Source: Yuukianura sp. NJ FZ-2021 | Lineage: Eukaryota | Direction: 5' to 3' | Assembly (NCBI GenBank): GCA_046563655.1 | Contig: CM102283.1 | Location: 8,556,001-8,620,000 of the forward strand | DNA: 64,000 nt | Shown: in pieces, positions 47,839-57,522 of the stretch | Layout: each line of letters begins with the position of its first letter | How positions within the stretch are numbered: the stretch's first letter is position 1 | Translations under genes and position numbers: made by a program | Notes under the pieces: generated by a model | The model's input: the letters and a program-made list of their open reading frames with translations, nothing else | Told to the model about the DNA's origin: nothing | The model's database searches: none

Positions 47839-50673
47839 TTAGTAGGATGCTAGTTCAGCTCCCCATGGACGGTAGGGTTTGCCACCATTTGGAACGTAGA
47901 GACTGGTGGTGGAGTTGGTGGGGCTTTGGTGGGGGAAGGCATATGGTGGCATTCCGTAGCCACCGGAGGTGGCTGTGGCATTTCTGTCTTGTGGAGATGT
48001 CATGGTGTGATTGAGCTGGTGGTGGCGCTGGTGGTCCATGTGGAGATGCTGATTGGTGGCCATGTACTGGTCGGGTGGGTCCATCAGAGGAGGTTGCTGT
48101 GGTTGAGGTCCTGCAAAAAGTCAAAATTTTAAAACAAGAATTGAAAAAGAAGTTTTTTGAAATTTGTAGGAAAGACAAAACGAAAGGTTGCCATCTAAAC
48201 TATCTGCAAAAGCATTTCAAAGTTGGTGTAGAATGAAAAGCTGCGAAGTCTTGCCAAAGGATTTGTCAAAAACAATGCATGGTATAATCCAAAACTCAAA
48301 ATTTCGAAACTCTCAACTTCAGCAGTAGTTTAGGAAGCAGGAATTCAAAAAAATGTTAAGCTTATGAAAATTTTTAGCAAAGAGAAAACTGAACGACGCC
48401 TGCCAACATTTTTGGAAAAAGTGTTTCAAAATCTTATCGTGGAATTCAAAGTTTTTTGGAGTCGTTACTCAGTCAAATTCAAAAACCGAGAAACCGGTTT
48501 GAATGTTTTAGAAGTTGAGGCGGAAAAATTCAAAATTTCAAAATTTGAAAAATCTCACCAGTATTTGTAGCGTTGAGATTATGATGTGGTAGGGTGTATG
48601 TTGGAGCTGGAAGTGTCCAGGATGATGCTGCTGCCTGTTTGTTAGCAAGTTCACGTTGTGCCAATGAGCAATGTAGGTGTGACATTAGTTTTTGACATAG
48701 TGGACTCTGTGAATCGTAGCCTTCTGAATGCAGTAAAGTTCCCGTTTCACGGATACATTCACGAAAACCAAGAGAGTGGTAGTCCATAGCAAATTTTTGA
48801 GGGTCATAAGCCAGGGCATCAAATCCTAAAATTTCAAAAAAAACTCGGCGTGACTACTTTTTTAAAAAAGAAAGTACGATATGAAACAATAGACCAAAAA
48901 AACTTTCTGAAATATGGAAGATTTAGCTCCTGATGCTTCCCATTATACACATTTTTAAGATAATTTTGAAGATCACGATAATTAATGTCTGATAGCCCAA
49001 AAATTCCGGTTTTTGGATCTTCCCGGACTTTTTCCCACGGAGTCAGTCTGGCGGTTTTTTTGAAAAGCAAAAAAAAAACAGTGTTTTGATGTTGTTTGGC
49101 TCCATGACGGTTGCTCCTGCTACTTTTTTTAAAAGCTACTTTACGCCTGCGTACTTTACTCGAACTTTTCATTTTAAGAACTTTTTTTTCCGGTAAAGTC
49201 TTTAGTGTGGATTCTGGAAAAGATTAATCTAAGAAAAACCGGATTTTGAAAAAAAAATCAAAATGAAGCAAAGTTCGTGATCTAAAGTTTGTACTTTACT
49301 TTCAAACTTTTTTTGAAAATAACCTTTTGTTCGTGATCTACGACTCGACGTAAGAAAATTACAACCAGAAATTACACCCGCCCCTTTGTGCTTCTTGGGA
49401 AGCAACAAGTATCCAGCAACTTTTTTAAAACATTTTTTTTTGAATTTTGATGAAAACGGTCTTTATGATTTGATGGCGGGGTTATTTAAAAATTTGGAAT
49501 TTTAAAATTGTGAAGATGCCCGTTTTGATTAAAAGTAAGGTCGAGAGTTGGTTTTCATTAAATAAGAATTTGGATGACTTTGTTGATTGTGTGGAAGTGG
49601 CAGGGGGCCCTTCGCTCTTAGTTGTAAGGGGGCCCTTAACTTCCCATGGATGAAAGTGTGTTTAATTGTTGTGTAATTTGGGTTGGCGCCGTCGGGAGGT
49701 CAAAGGGCAAGTCAATTGGGGGGAAGGGGTTAGGCCCTGGCCAAGGGCCCCTCCTTCGACAGACCCACATGACAACCTGCAATTACACAATTTGAACACT
49801 GTTTCATGTTTTTTTCTGGAAGGAACAACAACGGCTCATCAATCACAAGACACCTCATTACGAAACGCCACTTGAAAAAAATCTCAAATTAAGTTAAAGT
49901 TGTAACGTTCTTTCTTTTAGGTTTTTTATTTTCGGTATCGTCTCTACAAAGTGGAAAAAATCGGAGTTTTTAAAAAATTTGGCAAAATTTGTTTTGGTTT
50001 TGTGAAAACTGAAACACCGAAAAATCCGAAAACTTCTGCAGTAAGCGTTTTTGTAATAAATTTCAATCACGTTTCAAATTTTAGCAGAGCTGTTTGATTT
50101 TGTGTGTGTAAAAGCTTTGGATAGAAAAAAAACCGTTTTGAGAGAAATTGAATCAAAAGAGCATAAAGGTCACGGGGATCAAGATCAAGAGCCTAATGTG
50201 CTTGGAATTCGAAATTTTGAAAATTATTTTTGAAAAAACTTTTTTTTGAAAGTGTTACCTTTGGAATGAATCATCTTCAAGTGATCTACAGTCATTTGTA
50301 GTATCTCTGCTTTCTCTAGCTTTGCTGAACCCTGTTTCTCGAAGGCCGTGGGAACGAGACGCCGCAGTTCCGATAAACTGTTGTTGATCCGATCACGGCG
50401 TCGCTTCTCAATGATTCCACGGCGCTTCTTTCGCGTCTGACCTTGGTGGCCACAACTCTCTGGAGGCGTCAGACAACTGCAAAAAACATTCAAAATTTCA
50501 AAATTTTAAAATTTTGTATTTCAAAAAAAATAAATTCTTTTCCGTTTCACTTCAGGTCCTTAGTTCACTTTTGTAAAAAGTTTGAAAATTTAAATTTTGT
50601 TTAAATTTTACCTTGTTTTATGTTCAGAAAAGAGGTCATCGCAGTCACTGTCGCTGAGAGCTCTTTTGGCCAT
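47839..50673 (-). CDS. Hey: Hairy/E(spl)-related bHLH-Orange repressor with YRPW motif, 272 aa; exons 50612-50673, 50259-50476, 48559-48825, 47839-48110
   Basis: [15 protein letters not shown] start; b[56 protein letters not shown]; Orange domain [17 protein letters not shown]-terminal [13 protein letters not shown]. Confidence 0.97.
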
Positions 50674-53600
50674 TTTCGAAATTTGGAAATTTAGTTCTTG
50701 TGGGTCAGTTGACACTTTTTGAGTCTTTACAAGTTTCTTATTTGCACACTTGAGAACTTAAGGGGTTGGAGACTAACCACTTTTTGCTGTACTTTTAGTC
50801 AAGTCTTTAGCAAAAACGGATCTTGAGTTGAGGTTGATTATGTAAATATGCCAAAGAAAAAGAAGAAGACGTTCCCACGGTTCTTCTTCTCAAAAGTCCC
50901 ACTCGCAAAAAGTACTAAAAAATCGGTTATTGTCAATCACTTTAAATTAAGGAGGGACAATTCAAAAAAGTTTAAATTTTCAAAAATGGCGCCGCTAATG
51001 GCAGTTCCGCTTTTTGTGGGGTTATTGTCCTTAGAATTTGTGTACTTCCGGTGGCGTTTGGTGGTTCCTATCGGTCGTCGGACTGCCACGTGTCTGACGG
51101 TAGTTTGAGCAAGTGACGGGGACTTTGGCCGCCGGTCGGCCAGGGGGACCCTTAGAAGACTAAGTTAAGGGCCCCTCCAGGAAACCCCCTCTTTTACAAC
51201 CTAGCCTAACAACAATGGGGTTTCCAACGAGGCTATGGGATGATCACGTCGGTCCAAGGGAACAAGTGAGAGAGTCCGCAGTGGAAGATGATCGTGGGAA
51301 CGGGATCTTCGACACACAGAACAAACAACTGTCGTCGTCGTCGGCCACACCACCAGCCAACGTCAATTCATCACTCGCCAAAAGCACAAATCAAATTCAT
51401 CCGCGAGAAATGTAGTTTGAAATTTTCAATTCAATTTGTCCAAATTTTGAAAATTTTTAGTAACAATTTACACTCAAACAACTTCAACAATAGATGCAAA
51501 CTAGTTTAAAACCTTTCACAAAATTTCCTGAACAAAAAATTTTCTTCTTCCGATTAAAATTTTTTTCTTGTCACTTTTAAAATAGAAGCCGAACTTAGCT
51601 TGCAGGTGCATTTTTCAATATTTGTATTGAGCAAATTTTCAAAAACTTTTTTTTTTTTTGAAATTTCAAATTTTTCTGTTTTTGTTCTTATGAACTAGAG
51701 CTCATAAGTTATAACTTATAAGCATATAAAATTTTGAAAGGGGTGATTTTTTGTAGCCTGTTGCTGTTTTTTGTGGTCTCCGACATACAGCGTCCCTTTG
51801 AGTATAGAAAGAGAGGGAAACTTTTTCGTAAGTGTAATTGGTTCCCACCGTTTTCAAAAATCCAAGCGTCGCTAAATGGCAAGGACTTTCCCATAGTAGT
51901 GACAGCATTAGGTTAGGCACCTAACCTAAACTAATGTTACCAAGACGCTGCTCACACATTCACCACCGCCAGCCAACCGTATACCGACCACCGACCCACC
52001 GAACTTCGGTTTTCCACAAAACAGGAACTTGAATCAAATTTCCCAGAAAAAAAGTTTCAAAAACTTCAAGTTTTTGAACCGACACGTTCCTAAGATTATT
52101 CAAATCCACCCAGTTCGCGCGTGGCGGACTCTAAAATTTAAAGACGGTGCAAAAGATATGCGAGAGATCAAAGGTTGCCGACAAAGGTCAAAGGTCACCT
52201 GATGCAATTATCTCCATGTCATGTACATGTTTCAAGGAAATGCTAAAGTGAATTAAGATTTCCCGCTCTTTTGCAGAACTTCATCTCCGAAATAGCAAAA
52301 AAACAGGAAACAAAAGTTGGAAATTAAGTTTGAAAAATTCCGGAAAAAGAAGAAAACTTTTGTTTTCTGACGTTTTTGGTCTGGAAAGAAACAAAGACTA
52401 AAGTGAACGTACGATGCAGAGGTCATTGACCTCCGCCTTTGTAGTTCACAGAACAATCGAAATCCAACTAAAAAGTTTGTTTTTTTATTCAACAAATTTT
52501 CATTTGAATTTGATGTTATTCCAATATGAAAGTAAGAGTTCATTCTCCTCCTGTGTTTTACTACGCTTCTGTCAGTAAATATAAAGTTCAGAGAGACAGT
52601 AAAACGGGAGATTTCAAATTTCAAAGCCTCTGTTCCTAGGAATTCCAAAATTTCATCATTTCCAAAACAGCCTCTGGAGAAAGTGGCTGGTTGTGGATGG
52701 GAACTTTGTTAATTGTATGGATTTACAAGGATTCCAAGTCCTTTCACCTCCACCACTACAAACAAAAGGAGAGGTTTACATTAGGTGCATTCTTGGTTAG
52801 GTTAGGCTAACAACCTAACAGGAAGTGCTTAGCCTAACTTTTAGTACACGAACTCCTTCCAAGTCTATTTTTAGTCTCACCTGAGAACTTTCTCCTTGAT
52901 TTCATCACACCAAAGTAGAAGAGGTCTCACGGGAAAGCTTGGAAATTTGATTTAACTGAAAGAAAACAAGAGAAACGTGAACTGAAAGCTCGTGCCTTTC
53001 TTCGTTGATGAAAATTTTGGCGCTCAGAAAGTGTGTCACGAGATTCAATTGAACAAGTTTCTCCCATGGGGTCAACTGAGGTCATATTGAGTAGGTCATT
53101 AAGTGTCATCGTGCTACTAACTTCTGGAGACACTTTGAGTGCTAAAAGTAAAACTCAAACAGAAATCGGAAACTTTTAGCCTAACTTTTCACACTTCCAG
53201 CCAATCCCGCTTTTGTTTCATCAAGTGAAAGTGGTTTGGGCGGGAGTTTTTTAAAGTTTCGCTTCTGAAGCTTTCCATCTGAAATTTTAAAGTGAAGATT
53301 CTTTACAGAACTTTACAGTACAAAAGCAAATGAATCAAAAAATCAAACCCATTTTTTCTAAAACACCAAATTTTGAAAAAATTTGAATAAGGGCCCCCTC
53401 TTTCCAAGGCTCCCTTGAAGAAAAGGAAGACAAGGGTATTGTCTAGAGTTTGAATGGAGGAAATGATGTTTAAGGGCCCACGACCTTCTGAAGGGCCTCG
53501 ACAACAAAACTTCATTCATTCTTAAGGCACCCTCTCCTCATCTTCTGTTTCTAGCCTAGTTTCAACCTATCTCCTGGTTCTTATTACAGAGGAGGAGGGG

Positions 53601-54371
53601 AGAAAGGCGGTGATTCAGTGGATCTGTGAGGTCAAAGGTCATTTAATCTTCTGGAAGTGCTAAGGGGGGCCCTTGGAAGGGGAGACGGAAGGGATAGTGT
53701 TCCTTAACACTGTTTCCGGATAGTCTAACATTTCTACTTTGTTTGTAAATTGGACTCCCTAGGATGAATCAGGTGAGTTTTAAAAGGAAAAGATGAAATT
53801 GGAGTCTCTGGGCTAAAGGCTGGAAATTGAATGGCCGGGATGATTTAAAAAAAGCGTTTTTTTTGAAAAGTTGAGGGTTACAGTCCGTGGGAACTGTGCA
53901 ACTCCGTTGATCTTAAGAACAAAAGAGACAAAGTACCCCGGACCCTTAGACTTAAGGGTGCGAAGGGTCCGGGGTACTTCGTCTTTGGTAATAAGTTGGG
54001 CTAGGGTTAGGTTGGACGTGTTGCCAGACAGAAGGAGGTCACCGGGGACACACGAGACGGAACGACGGCTTTCCACAATCCAGGAAATCCAGAATAAAAT
54101 TAAGAAAAGACGACCGACGCGTGGTTCAAGGAGAGAAAAAGTTTTTGGAAAAAAAAAGTTAAGGAAGCCGGGCGACGAAAAAATAAACACTTTTACCCCT
54201 ACCATTTTCAAAAAAAAGACCATTTTCTAAATTGCATCTTTTTTTTTCCTTTTTTTGAAATTAATTCTTGGCATGATGCAGCCAATTGTACCAAAAACTG
54301 AATGAGGCCAAAGCAAAAAACTTTTCTTTCGGCTCATTTTTGGTCATAAAAATTCTAAGAATGAAGAAAAT

Positions 54372-55537
54372 AAACTTCTTGCAAAGACGATGTGAATAAG
54401 TATCGTCAGATCAATTATAGAGAATTCCCAAGCCGAATAGTTGACCTAGACCTCTGATATTGTTAGAGGTTACTTGAGGTCAAACAGCATTCGGCATTAT
54501 ATTAATTATTAGCAAACAGCAATGTTAATATTATATTAATTAATATTATTAATATTAACATTAATATTATGTGAATTAATATCAATATATATAATATTAA
54601 TATTAATTAATATAATATTAATAATATTAATCCTCGCGTCGTCAAACATCCATCCCCGAATTTCTGAATTGTGGGGAAAAAAAGATGACCTTGACCTTTG
54701 ACCCTGTTAGAGGTCACTCAAGCTCATCAAAATCTGATCCCCGCATATCCCTTCCGAGTCTGCCCATCCGTTTCCGTAATGTAAATGGAGCACAACCTTG
54801 ACCTATGACACGAATAGAGGTCACTTAAGGTGAATCCAAAAACTGATTTTTAGTCATCTGGTTTGTAGTTACTCATTAAAAAAGCTGCTTAGAAATCAGT
54901 GCAGTGGTTGTCGAGTTATAAGCATTACAGACGGACAGACGGACGGACGGATGGACAAAACGATCCCTATAAGTATCCGACGATACTTAAAAATGTACAT
55001 GACCTTGACCTTTGACCCGGAATTTGGAGACTTCCGATCAAACCAGAAACCGATTAGTCACCCCTGTACCATGCGAAGGTCATCTATGAAGACAGGTTGA
55101 AAATCTGTCCAGTGGTTCGTGAGTTATAGACGCTCGTAGAATGAGCGACGCCATTTTGCAACTTTCATTGTTTATATCTCCAGAACCGTAGGTCAAAGGT
55201 CAAGGTCACCTATAGCAAAGTTGTTCCTCTCATTGAAGTGAACAACTTTTGTAGAGGCCATGTGTCCAAATTCCGTCGAAAATGTACTTGACCTTGACCT
55301 TTGACCCGGAAGTTGGCCACTTCCGGTCAAACCGAAAACCACTGGTCCACCCCTGGACCATGCGTAGTTGATCTGTGAAGACAGATTGAAAATCGGTCCA
55401 GCGGTTCCAGAGATATTGTAGCTAGTATACAGACGGACGGACAGACAGACGGACAGACAGACGGACAGACGGACAGACGGACAGACAGACGGACGGACAT
55501 TACGATCCCTATAAGTATCTGACGATACTTAATAAAA
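54372..55537 (-). mobile_element. Composite non-autonomous Helentron/DINE-1-like element (HINE)
   Basis: Inverted subterminal repeats AAGTATCGTCAGAT (54398-54411) and ATCTGACGATACTT (55517-55530). End hairpin AAGTATC-N4-GATACTT at 55513-55530 and again at 54971-54988. GTCY microsatellites at ~54927-54957 and ~55428-55499. Duplicated internal repeat at ~54991-55128 and ~55280-55416. T-rich flanks on the minus strand. Confidence 0.75.
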
Positions 55538-56941
55538 ACTTTCACTTCATTCGAAAAGTGAACTTTTGAAAATAAGCTGCAAAACACGTTTCACAAAAAT
55601 CCCGATCAGGAAAACTACAAAATCAGTATATTTTTTTCCTGCTCTTTTTATAAAAATTCTATCCACGATTTAAATTAACTCAAATAATTTCAAATTTTTT
55701 TTAAAAATGGACTTCATTTTTCGAATTTTTTTTTTATGAAAGTTGCTCATTTTGATGGTCCAGAGGATATTTACTTGTTGTTTCTAAATAGTGAAATGTG
55801 GGGAGACATGGATTGAATTGTGGGAACCCTTGAAGTAGTCCCTGGGCCCTTCGCTGTCCCTGACTCTTTTGGTAGCAAGTGTGTAAGGGTTCCTGCGTTT
55901 TCGTGTGAACAGGGGGGAGCCCTTGGTTCCCACGCTTCAAACCCTACATCACCACCTTCATATCCCGCTTTCAGGTGACTTCCTTCCTCTCTGGAAGCTT
56001 ACCAAGGGCTCACTGAACCCGCCAAATCCAAAAAAAACCGAATTCGGATTTTAATCTTTTGGCAATTAAGCACCATGTGCAATAAACGCCAGAAGCATGC
56101 ACTTCATTTAAAAAGCTTCCCACGCTTCTTTAACTTTTTCCAACTTTAGCGAAGCTCGAAATTGGGAGAGGTCAAACTAGGTCAACAAAGGTCACTCATC
56201 TCCACGCTTTTTTTTTCAAAAGTTAGTTTTTTGGGCGTAGTACTACTTTCAAAGCCAAATATACGAATATGCTGGTTCTGTAAACGGAGTTCCAAATAGT
56301 GTGGAAAAGAGCGGGAAAAAATTCGGTTCTAAAAATAAACCCGGGAAAACTTTCTCCTCATTTGTCAACGTCGGTCTGTCGGGAACATTTTTTATTTGCC
56401 AAAAAAAATCTTTTGCTTTGCTCAGGTAGGAAAAGTTTTCACTTCTCTTGTTGACTGAAAGTTGGAAAATATTGTTATCCGACAAAAAAAATTGCAAGAA
56501 AAAATCTTGTTTTCCAAAATTTATGCGTGTTTTGAGTAAAACTGAAAACACGGAAGTGGAAAACAGAAAAAGAGTGATTCAAATGAGGCAAAATTTTGGC
56601 ATTCGAAATATAAACAATGACAACCAGGATTGTTTAGAATAGTAAACGATATGCAAAGACGGTTGAACTTTTGCAAAAGCACGAGAGTTTCTTCTTCCTG
56701 TTCAACTTTCACTTTCATTTGAACAAATTTGAACAAGAACAGAACAAAAAACTTAAGAAAGAAACATATAGTGTGAATTGAGGAGCAGAAGATACGATGT
56801 TTCTAAAATTACTTCTATTAGTTGCTTCACTTGAACACGAAAGGAATCGTTAGTCTCTCATACAGGACACTTCTGCACGGAAATTTCTACACCGCTGTGC
56901 TTATAGACTTACATCAATGTACCATAGTGTGCTACGGACGG

Positions 56942-57112
56942 CAGTCTTGGTGGATGGATAAAACTTTTCTTCCATCTCAGTCGAAATTGGTGGAAGTATC
57001 CGGATTTAATTGGATATATCCAATTTATCCAGCCATTTCAGCCGGATAAAATTGGATGAAACCTTCTATCCACTGGATGAAATATCGAAAAAGTGGATAT
57101 CCACCAACACTG
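56942..57112. mobile_element. hAT-like MITE, 171 bp
   Basis: TIRs CAGTCTTGGTGGAT and ATCCACCAACACTG (1 mismatch in 14). Flanking 8-mers ACGGACGG and TTGGACGG (6/8) suggest a degraded TSD. Internal TGGATA/TATCCA repeats. Confidence 0.6.
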
Positions 57113-57522
57113 TTGGACGGGACATGACATACGATCAGGAATTATGTATAAATGTCCGTCCACACTATTTTCGTCCATGAGTTAATCGTCCATGGCTATC
57201 CGTCCATGACCGTCCTGTCACTGGTCAGCTCTTGTGCAGAAGTTAGGGAGTAATCGTGCCTCAGAATTATTCTGGAAAGAAGCTTCCGCCTTGCCCAACT
57301 TCCCTTGGCGTGTCTGTGTGTGAGCTGGATGTTGATCTTCCACTTTCTCTATTTAAGGGCGGTTGGAAGCTGCTGGAGGAGAAAGTTCACTTTCTCTTTC
57401 CCGACAAGCATCTTCTCCAGTATTCAGCATCTTCTCCAGCATCAAGCATCTCCAGCAGCACAGTTCCTGGAGTCTCTGCTGGACCCAAGTTTCTGGAACA
57501 ATAATATTGTACGGCCAGAGTC

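Larger units (their letters stand above)
47549..56124. promoter_or_regulatory. Cluster of Su(H)/CSL (Notch-response) sites in and around Hey
   Basis: CGTGGGAA or TTCCCACG at 47549, 49032, 50347, 50872, 51293, 53886, 55927 and 56117; TGTGGGAA at 55819. Hey genes are established Notch targets. Confidence 0.8.

Noticed and set aside
53813-54230. Overlapping 136-aa and 119-aa ORFs upstream of Hey
   Set aside because: Composition reflects A/T runs and there is no domain. The region is better explained as regulatory (it contains a Su(H) site).
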